DNA of 64,000 nt, taken from positions 352,001-416,000 of the forward strand of contig CAXXSL010000011.1 of the NCBI GenBank assembly GCA_963675525.2. Direction: 5' to 3'. Positions within the stretch are counted from its first letter, which is position 1, and each line of letters begins with the position of its first letter. Source of the stretch: Anaerohalosphaeraceae bacterium (lineage in GTDB: Bacteria > Planctomycetota > Phycisphaerae > Sedimentisphaerales > Anaerohalosphaeraceae). The notes under the pieces were generated by a model, which saw nothing but the letters and a program-made list of their open reading frames with translations, had not been told where the DNA came from and did not search any database. The translations under genes were made by a program, and so were the position numbers. Of the stretch, positions 20,551 through 30,139 are shown in pieces.

Positions 20551-22437
20551 ATGGAAAAAATGAAACGATTCATGGCTTCACATGTGGTTGGAAAAAAAGT
20601 GTTTGTCTTATTTATGATTTGCGCTGTCAGTATAGCGTACTTTCCTGCTTCTGCTCAAGCGGCGCCGTATGATGGGTATCTCATGGCCCACTTTACCGGT
20701 GAAAGTTCAAATTATGGCGAGCAAATCTATTTTGCGATCAGCACCGATGGTTTGTATTGGACTGATCTCAATAATTCTCAGCCGGTGCTAACTGTACCTG
20801 CAAATTTAGGAGACGGCGGTGTGCGTGATCCGTCCCTGATCCGGTCCGCCGATGGTACGAAGTTCTGGATTCTTGCAACCGACTTATGTATTGGCTGCGG
20901 TACAGATTGGGGCACTGCCCAGCACAACGGCAGCACATCGCTGGTCATCTGGGAATCGTCCGATTTAGTGAACTGGTCCACCCCATGGCTGGCCGATGTG
21001 GCCGGCAGTATCCCGGACGCCGGTTGCGCGTGGGCGCCGGAAGCGATCTATGACGAAGCCAATGGAAACTATGTCGTCTATTGGGCCACTATTTCACCGC
21101 TGGATGGTGTTGATAAAGCCAGAATATATTACGCGACGACAACCGATTTTGTGAATTTTTCATCGCCGCAGATGTACATTAACCGCCCCGGATCCTACGG
21201 CATTATTGACACACAGATCCTTAAAGCAGCAAACAGTACCTATCAATATTACCGGGTATCCCGTGATACATATATGGGTTATGACTCTGTCACGGTTGAA
21301 GGCAACAATTCCATCTTCGGTAGTTGGACAGAAATCGGGGACATCCATAATTTAGTAAGCTCTTGGTCGGAAGGCCCCATATTATATAAGTTCAACGATG
21401 CTAACCAATGGTGTCTGATGGTCGATGTTACCGCAGGCGGCTACCTTCCTTTGGTATCAACGGACTTGTCTGTTATGGGCACGTATAGTGTACTGAACTC
21501 TTCGCAGTACAATCTGGGCGCCGACCGCAAACGCCACGGCAGCATCCTGAATATCACGACTGCTGAGTATAATGCTATTTTGGCAAATTGGCCGCTTCCG
21601 GCACCTCCGCAGCTTGGGGATGGCGTCATTGAGTCATATAATCAACCCGGCTACTACATTAACAATCAAGGTATAGGCGCGCAGGCCGAGATTGTGCTTA
21701 ATGCTGATCTTCTGAATTCAGGACAATGGAACATTGTCGCGGGCCTGGCCGACCCCACTTTCGGGATCTCCTTCGAGTCCGTTGAACACCCGGGCTATTA
21801 TCTTCGCCATTACGCCTATGTTCTTTATCTAAACCAGAATGACGGTTCGAGTATATTTAAGAGTGATGCAACATTTTATGTCAAAGACGGTTGGGCGGAT
21901 TCAAGTCTGAACTCCTTTCAATCGTCTAATTATCCCGACCGATATATCCGCCATTCGGGTGTTGGGCTTAGGATAGATCCGATTGATGCCGCATCAACAG
22001 CCTCTGACAAGGCGGACGCAACTTTTAATGTGGTGTTTAACGCGCCGGCCGCACCAACATTGATGACGGCCGTCTCCGGTATCGGCAGTGTCAGTCTGGA
22101 TTGGAATGACAATATTGAAAGCAATCTTAGCGGCTACACTATCTATCGCTCCCAAACACAAGGCGGGCCTTACACGCTGATTCAGAATGTCACCGCGAGC
22201 CAGTATGTGGACAACACTGTTAATAACGGCACAACGTATTATTACGTCGTCACCGCAGAAAATACGTCCGCTAATGAATCCGGCTACAGCAATGAAGACT
22301 CCGCTTTACCTCCTGATCTAACGGATGATGATAAAATCAATTTAGAGGATTTTGCTAAAGTTGCTGAAGCATGGTTAACAACTCATGACATGACTGACTT
22401 GTCGGTGGTTGCTGAAAACTGGCTGCTTGGTATTTGA
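20551..22437 (+). CDS. secreted GH43 glycoside hydrolase with CBM42 (AbfB), FN3 and dockerin-like tail
   Basis: GYLMAHF, GVRDP, WAPE, IIDT, EGP, RHGS; SFESVEHPGYYLRH and FQSSNYPDRYIRH (AbfB); YYYVVTA (FN3); DLTDDDKINLEDFAKVAEAWL. Confidence 0.85.
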   Translation: MEKMKRFMASHVVGKKVFVLFMICAVSIAYFPASAQAAPYDGYLMAHFTGESSNYGEQIYFAISTDGLYWTDLNNSQPVLTVPANLGDGGVRDPSLIRSADGTKFWILATDLCIGCGTDWGTAQHNGSTSLVIWESSDLVNWSTPWLADVAGSIPDAGCAWAPEAIYDEANGNYVVYWATISPLDGVDKARIYYATTTDFVNFSSPQMYINRPGSYGIIDTQILKAANSTYQYYRVSRDTYMGYDSVTVEGNNSIFGSWTEIGDIHNLVSSWSEGPILYKFNDANQWCLMVDVTAGGYLPLVSTDLSVMGTYSVLNSSQYNLGADRKRHGSILNITTAEYNAILANWPLPAPPQLGDGVIESYNQPGYYINNQGIGAQAEIVLNADLLNSGQWNIVAGLADPTFGISFESVEHPGYYLRHYAYVLYLNQNDGSSIFKSDATFYVKDGWADSSLNSFQSSNYPDRYIRHSGVGLRIDPIDAASTASDKADATFNVVFNAPAAPTLMTAVSGIGSVSLDWNDNIESNLSGYTIYRSQTQGGPYTLIQNVTASQYVDNTVNNGTTYYYVVTAENTSANESGYSNEDSALPPDLTDDDKINLEDFAKVAEAWLTTHDMTDLSVVAENWLLGI

Positions 22438-22518
22438 TATGTTCAATGCGATCGAAAAAATTACATTTTTTCCCGAACATGGTTTGGCTGTGGGAAGCCA
22501 ATTATTCGTGTAAACATC

Positions 22519-24849
22519 ATGGCTTGTGAAAAGCGATACAAATTACTGATGTTGTCTCTTTTACTGATGGCATCCTTTTGCGCTAATGCGAAAACAGTAT
22601 TTGTTGCTGTCAATGGCAGTGACACAAATACAGGGACAATTGACTTTCCTTTTGCTACTATTCAGCATGCCCAGAGTCAAGTCTCTGCAGGTGATACAGT
22701 CTATATACGCGGCGGAACGTATCGCATAACAGAGAGTCAGATCGCACGATATGAAAGCATCTGGGCCAAAGTGACATATCTTGATAAAAGCGGCACTCAA
22801 GGCAATCGCATCAAGTACTGGGCGTATCCCGGTGAAGAGCCGATTTTCGACCTCCAGGATATAACGCCGGCCAACTACAGAATTCACGCTTTTGCCGTAG
22901 CCGGCTCATGGATCCATATTAAGGGCATTACAGTGATTGGCGTTCAGGTGACGATCCTTGAACATACCCAGTCGGTATGCTTTTATAATACCGGCAGCAA
23001 TAACATCTACGAGCAGCTCATCATGCGAGATGGTCAGGCGATCGGCATATACGCGATAAAATCTGGCGGCAACAACCTTTTTCTCAACTGCGATGCATAT
23101 AATAACTGGGATTACACATCAGAAGATGGCAGAGGTGGAAACGTTGACGGTTTTGGTGTACATGTCTATGCTGGCGCTACCGGTAATGTCTTTAATGGCT
23201 GCCGGGCCTGGTTTAACAGCGATGACGGCTTTGATTGTATCAATACCGCAGAGCCCGCGGTTTTTAAGAATTGCTGGGCGATGTACAATGGTTATACACC
23301 GGATTTCACGAGTCGGGGCGACGGCAATGGCTTTAAAGTCGGCGGCTATGCCTATGCGCCGGCTTCAGAACTGCCAAATCCGATCCCAAGACATATTACT
23401 TTCGGCTGTATCGCTGTGGGTAACAAGGCTAACGGTTTCTATGCCAACCATCAGGTTGGGGGCAACGACTGGTACTTCAACTCGGCCTATAACAACGGCA
23501 ACAACTATAACATGCTCAGCAGGCTTGCGGATCCACCTGTGGATACGGATGGATATGATCATTACCTTGAAAACAATCTAGCCCACCGCAGTAATAACGT
23601 AACGAATATAGACACCTCCCTCTGTACACTGATCAACAACACTTTTGATGCGTCGTTTGGTGGTACCGTTTCAGATGGAAGCTTCATGAGCCTGGATGAA
23701 AGTCAACTGATTGCAGCTCGAAAATCAGACGGTTCACTCCCGGAGATTACCTTCCTTAAACCTGTCACGGATAGCGGACTGGAAGGTATGGGCTATTTCG
23801 CAAGGCCTCAGATGGAAGGGGATATCAATAATGACGGTTCAGTTGACTTGGAAGATTTGAAACTCTTAACCGACCAATGGCTGCAAAGTCCCGGTGTTCC
23901 TTCAGCAGATATCGCACCACCACTGACCGGTGACGGCGAAGTCAACATGCTGGACTTTGCGTTATTGGCTGAAAATTGGACAGGCCCCGATACGATACCG
24001 CCAGCGGCCCCGACAGGATTTTCGGCCATGGCGGGTTTCGGCAACATCTCGCTGGACTGGGACCATAACAGTGAAGTGGACCTCGATCATTATGTCGTTT
24101 ATCGCAGTACGATCAGCGGCAGCGATTATTCCATTATTGATGCCAATGTCGCTACCAGCAATTATGTTGACAATACGGTCAGCAACGACACGACGTACTA
24201 CTATGTCGTTACGGCGGTTGATAACAGCAATAATGAGAGCGATAACTCCGTTGAGGATTCGGCTGCGCCGCTGCAGGGTGTTGCTCCCAGTCTGGCGGAA
24301 AATAGTTTCGGCAACACCGATGCTCAAACGGGCATCAGTACATCGAAAACCTATACCCATAAGGTTGATCTAATTGCCGCAACGCCTGCTGCGATCAACG
24401 GTGTAACTTTCGACGCCGGCACATCCGGCAATAATCCGAGCCTCAATTATATCTTAAGCGGGCCCTCTGACACGCGGACCGGCATGGACAGCCCGGCCAT
24501 CGCTGGATCGGGGCTTCATGATCTACTGTCCTGTTTCGTCTATAAGGGCAATAATGGCGACCATACGTTAACGCTCTCTGGTTTAACCGGCGGTGCAACG
24601 TACACATTACGTCTGTATGTTGGCGGCTATTCCGGTCGAACCTTTACGTTTCATTGCGATAATCCCTTGTTTACGCAAGCCGGTCTCGACCGGGGTCTGG
24701 GCGACAGCGAAAACTGCGGCTCGTTCGACTTCACGTATACCCTTGCTCCCGACGACACCGATATCGCTATCAATATTGTAGCGGACGATGCTAACAATGT
24801 TTTTCACTGGTACGGATTTACCAATGAGCTGGTCACACTTCCTGACTGA
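22519..24849 (+). CDS. secreted PL9-like beta-helix polysaccharide lyase with dockerin-like pair, FN3 and C-terminal domain
   Basis: GSDTNTGTIDFPFATIQ, GDTVYIRGGTY, GNVDGFG, NSDDGFD, GDGNGFKVGG; GDINNDGSVDLEDL, GDGEVNMLDFALLAENW. Confidence 0.8.
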   Translation: MACEKRYKLLMLSLLLMASFCANAKTVFVAVNGSDTNTGTIDFPFATIQHAQSQVSAGDTVYIRGGTYRITESQIARYESIWAKVTYLDKSGTQGNRIKYWAYPGEEPIFDLQDITPANYRIHAFAVAGSWIHIKGITVIGVQVTILEHTQSVCFYNTGSNNIYEQLIMRDGQAIGIYAIKSGGNNLFLNCDAYNNWDYTSEDGRGGNVDGFGVHVYAGATGNVFNGCRAWFNSDDGFDCINTAEPAVFKNCWAMYNGYTPDFTSRGDGNGFKVGGYAYAPASELPNPIPRHITFGCIAVGNKANGFYANHQVGGNDWYFNSAYNNGNNYNMLSRLADPPVDTDGYDHYLENNLAHRSNNVTNIDTSLCTLINNTFDASFGGTVSDGSFMSLDESQLIAARKSDGSLPEITFLKPVTDSGLEGMGYFARPQMEGDINNDGSVDLEDLKLLTDQWLQSPGVPSADIAPPLTGDGEVNMLDFALLAENWTGPDTIPPAAPTGFSAMAGFGNISLDWDHNSEVDLDHYVVYRSTISGSDYSIIDANVATSNYVDNTVSNDTTYYYVVTAVDNSNNESDNSVEDSAAPLQGVAPSLAENSFGNTDAQTGISTSKTYTHKVDLIAATPAAINGVTFDAGTSGNNPSLNYILSGPSDTRTGMDSPAIAGSGLHDLLSCFVYKGNNGDHTLTLSGLTGGATYTLRLYVGGYSGRTFTFHCDNPLFTQAGLDRGLGDSENCGSFDFTYTLAPDDTDIAINIVADDANNVFHWYGFTNELVTLPD

Positions 24850-24935
24850 GACACAATTATTTGCATCGGACAAGCTAAATGATGTTTAGTAACCAATTAA
24901 ATGGAAAGTCTCAGTTTATTTGTCTACTTTTAATA

Positions 24936-25172
24936 TTATCTTCTGCCGCCAGTTTTGCTATTCTCTGGCCTTGCCTTGTCCTTGTTGGCATCACTGACCT
25001 TAGTGTAATACTCATACAGAGTCGAAGAACTCGACCATCCACGAAGCTCACAGAGGGTCTTAGGAGCTATGCCATTCTCAGCCAGATTACATGCCCAACT
25101 TTTTCCGAGAGAGTGCAGACATAATTTGTCTGTAGTCTGAATTCCTGCTCTTTTGCAGAGTGTTTGGAAAAC
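24936..25172 (-). pseudogene. tyrosine recombinase/integrase 3' remnant, copy 2 (longest; no start codon)
   Basis: FQTLCKRAGIQTTDKLCLHSLGKSWACNLAENGIAPKTLCELRGWSSSSTLYEYYTKVSDANKDKAR; HxLR is present as HSLG, followed by GW and the catalytic-Tyr region. Confidence 0.88.
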
Positions 25173-25218
25173 TTATTCATTTTACATCTCATGCGGCCCT
25201 TATATGGAACGACTTTTG

Positions 25219-27561
25219 TCAACTCTCCCGATTGTCCATTATTCTAACATCTGATTTGCGAGACTCCGGAGTGACTTTCAGCTCTATGACTTCTCCATTC
25301 CTGACGCGGCCTTCGACCGTTGTTTTGTGCGGAGCGTGCAGTTTAAAGTCGACGTCCCAGTCTTTCGGCCAGGCCGGCAGGAGATAAATCTTATTATCCA
25401 CAGCCTGCATGAGCATTTCCTGCAGGCCGATCATGCCGCTGCCTCCCCAGTTGTGGTCGGGCACCCAGTCATGGCCGGGGCCCCAGAATGTAGGGCATCG
25501 CCTGCCGGAATCACCCATTTTTTTTATTGTAATCTCAACAGCTTCGCTGGTCAACCCGAGCCGGGCGCAAAAAATAGCGTCCTGATGCCATGAGATATGA
25601 TTTTTCTGATCCGGGCGGTCCGCTCCATATTTCCATGTATCAATGGCAACCTGTAAGTCCGGTCTGCCTATTCCGTAAATCCCGTAGGGGAAAACAGGGT
25701 AGAGTTGCGGCAGTTCAATATTCTGGATACGTTCATATCGTTCGGCAGGTGCAATCGTCTTGCTTCCGTTTTTCTCCCGAAAGCTAATCGGCGGAATCCG
25801 CTCGAGGTACCCCTTATAATAGTCGCGTCTTTCGTCGGCCAGATAGGAGGCCGGCAGTTCTAAAAGCCGGGTGATGACAGTCCGTAATGCGGCTACCGTT
25901 GGTGCTGCATTTGTCGTCATTTTGTATGTCTCGCACGCCGTCCCCGGATAGAGCACCAGGTGCCCATTCTCATCCAGCCCCCGTGTCGTTCTGTGTAAAG
26001 ACAGCATCTGATAATGTTCATCGAAAAAGATCAGGCAGCTTTCAATAAGGGGCAAATATTGGCTTATATCATTTCCACAGTAGCGATGGTATTCAAGAAT
26101 CATCCAACAGAATTCCAGTGCCGTATCCCATTGGTACTCCACCCATGAATTGTACTGAATGCCGGGATCATAATAATCAGGGCGTTTCCAGCCGTATTCG
26201 AAGCCCACCGGCAAGGCAAAATTTTCCATCTGCTCGGTGAAACTGGCCCCATTGTGTCCCCAGTATACCTTTGTGCGAAGCTCGGCATTTTTCAGCGGTT
26301 TTAAATAAAAATCAAACTGCGGCGGCATCATGTCATAGTCTCCGCCTTTGAGCATCGGCCAGTAAACCAGCCGTTGATTCTGAGCAGTGAAGCTGCCTCC
26401 TCCCCAGCGACGATGATCCGGTGAATATTTGACACGACCGTCAACATATTCCGGATCATAGGTAAAAAGTCCTCCATTGAATTTGGTGGGATATTTGCCG
26501 TAGGCATTGCAACCGAGCTGGTAGCGAAACAGTTGATAATTCCGGCCGATTGTCCAGGGAATGTTATCGTTGGAATTTCCAGAAGGCTGTATAGCAATAT
26601 AACTGCGATTCCAGAATGCATCCCACCAAGCCAGTGTACGTTTACGGCTGTCGGCTTTGTCATAAGTGTTAACAAGACTATCAAGCCCTTGCTGCCACGC
26701 CTGTTGTGTTTCGGCAGGGTCAATATGCAGAAAAATGGACATGGCATGAGAAACTGCCGGTTTCTTGCTTTTCAGAATCCATGATTTGAAATCCGCACTG
26801 GCATAGCGGCCTTCGCCGGTGCCGGCCGGTGCCATATCTTTGCCGCGCACCAAACCGCCCGAAGTGAGATTTTTAATCGGATTCCACATCTGATCTTTGA
26901 CTGCCGTCAATCCCTGCTGCTCCACACATAGGTCAAAAGCGTTGGGCTTGTTAGTATCATTGCGGTGATAGGCGAGAATGCCATTATCCTTGAATGCAAT
27001 AATATCTTTACGAACAAGGGGCTTGACCGGAGCGCTTAGGTATGAGCGAGTACTCTGAATTTCTCCGCCAGTGAGCTTACGGTCGGTTGTCCGCCAGGAT
27101 TCATAACTTGCTTCGACAGATATCGGCTCTTTGGAGTCAATCTCCACATGAACTACGGGCTTATGGGTGTCCACCCAGAGATTGATGGTTGCGGTTTGTC
27201 CATCTTTTTGGCCGACGATTTCAACATACCCTTCTCTGAGTTTCAAAGTCTGACGAAAAACGTCCGTCTCCAGAAACGGATTGGGCGACAGTTTAATCCG
27301 CATCCGGCCAAACTTCATCAAGCAGTTATTTTCGTCAAAAGCACCGCTTTGTGACATGTAACATAAAATGTCACCGTTTTCAACCCAGACATTCAGACCG
27401 ATATCACCGCCGCCGCAGGGCATGGACTGGCCGGCATGAAGGCTCGGACTGCCCCAAACCAGGTTATAGGCATCCATGTCAATACCTGCTGTTGCGAATC
27501 CCTGAAATGTTGTTAAAAAAAATGTGCAAACAACCGTGATAAAATACGTGTTTTTTTTCAT
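25219..27561 (-). CDS. secreted DUF5703-like / GH95-related (alpha/alpha)6 glycoside hydrolase
   Basis: Signal peptide MKKNTYF; SMPCGGGDIGLNVW, KFNGGLFT, WGGGSFTAQNQRLVYWP, PQLYPVFP, LQEMLMQ..KIYLLPAWPKDWDVDFKLHAP. Confidence 0.75.
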   Translation of the reverse strand: MKKNTYFITVVCTFFLTTFQGFATAGIDMDAYNLVWGSPSLHAGQSMPCGGGDIGLNVWVENGDILCYMSQSGAFDENNCLMKFGRMRIKLSPNPFLETDVFRQTLKLREGYVEIVGQKDGQTATINLWVDTHKPVVHVEIDSKEPISVEASYESWRTTDRKLTGGEIQSTRSYLSAPVKPLVRKDIIAFKDNGILAYHRNDTNKPNAFDLCVEQQGLTAVKDQMWNPIKNLTSGGLVRGKDMAPAGTGEGRYASADFKSWILKSKKPAVSHAMSIFLHIDPAETQQAWQQGLDSLVNTYDKADSRKRTLAWWDAFWNRSYIAIQPSGNSNDNIPWTIGRNYQLFRYQLGCNAYGKYPTKFNGGLFTYDPEYVDGRVKYSPDHRRWGGGSFTAQNQRLVYWPMLKGGDYDMMPPQFDFYLKPLKNAELRTKVYWGHNGASFTEQMENFALPVGFEYGWKRPDYYDPGIQYNSWVEYQWDTALEFCWMILEYHRYCGNDISQYLPLIESCLIFFDEHYQMLSLHRTTRGLDENGHLVLYPGTACETYKMTTNAAPTVAALRTVITRLLELPASYLADERRDYYKGYLERIPPISFREKNGSKTIAPAERYERIQNIELPQLYPVFPYGIYGIGRPDLQVAIDTWKYGADRPDQKNHISWHQDAIFCARLGLTSEAVEITIKKMGDSGRRCPTFWGPGHDWVPDHNWGGSGMIGLQEMLMQAVDNKIYLLPAWPKDWDVDFKLHAPHKTTVEGRVRNGEVIELKVTPESRKSDVRIMDNRES

Positions 27562-27680
27562 ACAATTCTCTTCCTGTGAAAAATTATATAACAATCCGAT
27601 GTATGACAAAACTGTACAGGTAAAACACTCTATTGTAAAGTTTTAAACTCTAACCGTGTACCGCACACGCGCGATGCCGA

Positions 27681-27807
27681 TGTCCCTGTTGGCATCGGTG
27701 ACTTTAGTATAATACTCATGCAGGGTTTTGAGGTTTTGACCATCCTCCCAGTTCACAGAGGGTCTTGGGAGCAATGCCGTTCTCAGCCAGATCATATGCC
27801 CAACTTT
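27681..27807 (-). pseudogene. tyrosine recombinase/integrase 3' remnant, copy 3 (frameshifted)
   Basis: SWAYDLAENGIAPKTLCELGGWS / KTLHEYYTKVTDANRD; DNA aligns with copies 1 and 2. Confidence 0.82.
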
Positions 27808-27839
27808 AGAATCGCTCCGGTGACAAGCCGGAATATTCA

Positions 27840-29147
27840 TCAGTTGGTCAGGCCGGCGATGGCGGCGCCGATGAGGGTGGCGTTTTCGACGGTGATGATC
27901 TCGGTATAAATCCCGCGTTTGTCTTCGAGGTTTTGTTTGAGGTATGATTCCACGCAGGATTTGAGATTTTTCATGTGGTAGAAGGTCGTGCCCTCGGCGA
28001 CAATGCAGATCGGATGAGCCGAATCAGTGCCCCATCCGGATTTAATCGCCAAGGCCGATAGATTCACGGCCGCCAACTTGGCAGCGCGTTCGACCAATCG
28101 CTCAGCAACGGTGTACAACATTTGGACATCCTCCTGGTCGCCCTTTCGGCAAATATCGGCCAGCAAATTATTGCCGTTGGGGTCTAACATAAAATCATTC
28201 ATGTCGATGGTTGTTAGTTCGGCCATGTGATCAACTGCCTCGGTAACCGAATCGGACAAAAGACTATCGGCTGCGGCCTGTCGGATCGTAACCCAATACA
28301 ACGGACCCAGATAGGCACCCGAGATCATTTTTTCGAAAATATGAATACCCGGGTTGTTCGTGGACGCATCGTGCATCTTATCCAGTTCGCCCTGGTGTGT
28401 CCGAATCATGCCGCCGGACTCGGTATTGATGATCTGACTTTTTTCCGGGTCCAGCCCCCCTTGTTCGGTGATATTGGCATTGCTCTCGACATAACAGGCA
28501 TTGGTACCGGTACCGAGGATAAAACCGATATAACTGCTGAAATCGCGGCCTTCGTAACCCACTCCGGCCAGCAGCGTCGCGACCGTATCATTGAGCAGGA
28601 CGATATGTTTTTCTGTCCCCAATCCCATACTCGCGATAGCGAGATTGAGGTTTTCGCCGACTAATTGCCCGACCACTTCGGGAGCCTTGATCTCTTTGGC
28701 AAAACGTATCAGGCGACCGTCTTTGTTGGGCAAAATTTCCACGGGATAAGAAAAACAAAAGCCGACTTTGTCGGATGCCGCAATCACCTCTCGAAAATAA
28801 CCCGCCATCGCTTCAAAAAACGCCTTGCGGCTCAATTCAGATTCCGTTGCGGGCATGGCAAATTTTTGCAGGTTTTCAATGACCGCTTTCTTGTTTTCGT
28901 CGAAATGGACGGTTGCGACGCGGAAATTGGTCCCCCCCGCATCGGCCACGATAACCCGCTGATTAATCGGAATTTCATTTTTTGTTTCCAGAAAGGTCGG
29001 GATCATTTCCAGGCAGCTTTCCTGGCCCGCTAATCCGTGGGCCATCTGGTCTGAAAACACGGTCAGATTCTCTTCAAAATCGACGTCCAGGTGATCCATC
29101 CGGTAACGATGCAGAAAGTCCACCGCCTTTTGTTTTGTGTCATTCAT
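27840..29147 (-). CDS. hexokinase (eukaryote-type hexokinase family)
   Basis: MIPTF, DAGGTNFRV, GFCFSYP, LLNDTVATL, ILGTGTNACY, INTESG, FEKMISGAYLG, IGAA. Confidence 0.9.
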   Translation of the reverse strand: MNDTKQKAVDFLHRYRMDHLDVDFEENLTVFSDQMAHGLAGQESCLEMIPTFLETKNEIPINQRVIVADAGGTNFRVATVHFDENKKAVIENLQKFAMPATESELSRKAFFEAMAGYFREVIAASDKVGFCFSYPVEILPNKDGRLIRFAKEIKAPEVVGQLVGENLNLAIASMGLGTEKHIVLLNDTVATLLAGVGYEGRDFSSYIGFILGTGTNACYVESNANITEQGGLDPEKSQIINTESGGMIRTHQGELDKMHDASTNNPGIHIFEKMISGAYLGPLYWVTIRQAAADSLLSDSVTEAVDHMAELTTIDMNDFMLDPNGNNLLADICRKGDQEDVQMLYTVAERLVERAAKLAAVNLSALAIKSGWGTDSAHPICIVAEGTTFYHMKNLKSCVESYLKQNLEDKRGIYTEIITVENATLIGAAIAGLTN

Positions 29148-29155
29148 CGGTATTC

Positions 29156-30139
29156 CTATGATTCGTATCCCTTCGGGTTTTCGGTATGGAATTTCCATGC
29201 ACTTTCGACAATGGCTTCCAGTTCGGGGTAATCCGTCGTCCAACCCAGTTGGCGCCGGGCTTTGGTCGCGTCGGCAGTCAGGACGGGCGGGTCGCCGGGT
29301 CGCCGGTCGGTTTCGACGATTTTGACGTCCTTGCCGGAAACATTTTTAACGGTGTCGATGACCTGCCGGACCGAATAGCCTGTACCGTTGCCGAGGTTAT
29401 AAAACTGCTCGGTTTCGTTGTCGAGTTTTTTCAGGGCCAGCAGGTGTGCCTTGCAGAGGTCTTCGACGTGGATGTAATCGCGAACACAGGTGCCGTCTTC
29501 GGTCGGGTAATCGGTGCCGAAAATCTTGATGTTATCACGTTTGCCCATCGCCGCCTGAATGATCAGCGGAATCAGATGCGATTCAGGACTATGGTCCTCG
29601 CCGATCTTGGCATCAAAACCCGCACCGCAGGCATTGAAGTAGCGAAGTGCTGCATACCGGATGATGTTCGACTGGCTGAGAAAATGACACATCCGCTCGA
29701 CCGCCCACTTGGTCTCGCCGTAGGGATTAATCGGATTTTTGATGATATCTTCGGTGATCGGAATGATATCGGGCATTCCATAGACCGCCGCCGTACTGCT
29801 GAACACAAATTTATTAACGCCGGCTTTGTCCATGGCCTCCAGCAGTGTGCGCGTTTTACTGACATTGTTTTCGTAATAGCGAAGTGGTTCCTGAACGGAC
29901 TCGCCCACTTCGATAAAGGCGGCAAAGTGCATGACCGCATCGATATTATATTTTTTGAGCGTTTCAACCGTAAAATCCAGATCGCCAAAGTCGCCGCAGA
30001 CAAATTCAGCATCTCTAACCGCAGCACGATGCCCCTTGCTGAGATTGTCAAACACGACCGGCCGATGGCCTTCCCGTGAGAGAGTCGCTGTCATATTGCT
30101 TCCGATGTAACCGGCCCCGCCGCAAACCAGAACATTCAT
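29156..30139 (-). CDS. galE: UDP-glucose 4-epimerase
   Basis: GGAGYIGS, HFAA.IEVGES, FSSTAAVYG, YGETK, LRYFN, DGTCVRDYIHV. Confidence 0.95.
   Translation of the reverse strand: MNVLVCGGAGYIGSNMTATLSREGHRPVVFDNLSKGHRAAVRDAEFVCGDFGDLDFTVETLKKYNIDAVMHFAAFIEVGESVQEPLRYYENNVSKTRTLLEAMDKAGVNKFVFSSTAAVYGMPDIIPITEDIIKNPINPYGETKWAVERMCHFLSQSNIIRYAALRYFNACGAGFDAKIGEDHSPESHLIPLIIQAAMGKRDNIKIFGTDYPTEDGTCVRDYIHVEDLCKAHLLALKKLDNETEQFYNLGNGTGYSVRQVIDTVKNVSGKDVKIVETDRRPGDPPVLTADATKARRQLGWTTDYPELEAIVESAWKFHTENPKGYES

Larger units (their letters stand above)
19456..27807. mobile_element. degenerate multi-element integrative island / insertion hotspot carrying CAZyme cargo
   Basis: tRNA fragment at the left end, three tyrosine-integrase remnants, AT-richer orphan and catabolic cargo between core aspS and hexokinase-galE. 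Confidence 0.65.

Noticed and set aside
24879..25124. 81-aa plus-strand ORF
   Set aside because: Antisense to integrase remnant 2, which explains the sequence better.
20155..27807. Repeats as a CRISPR array, integron attC sites or a structured ncRNA
   Set aside because: They are too long and kilobases apart, lack attC-type inverted ends, and vary by synonymous codons, which indicates protein-coding origin.
27816..27832. Hairpin TCCGG-TGACAAG-CCGGA as the missing tRNA-Val piece or att site
   Set aside because: Only the GACAAG loop matches, on the opposite strand, with no T-arm or acceptor. It is more likely a hairpin after the hexokinase gene.
27643..27840. 65-aa minus-strand ORF as a real small gene
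   Set aside because: Chimeric reading of frameshifted integrase remnant 3; only the TLHEYYTKVTDANRD part is in the integrase frame.
29186..30079. 297-aa plus-strand ORF
   Set aside because: Antisense shadow of galE with no recognisable motifs.
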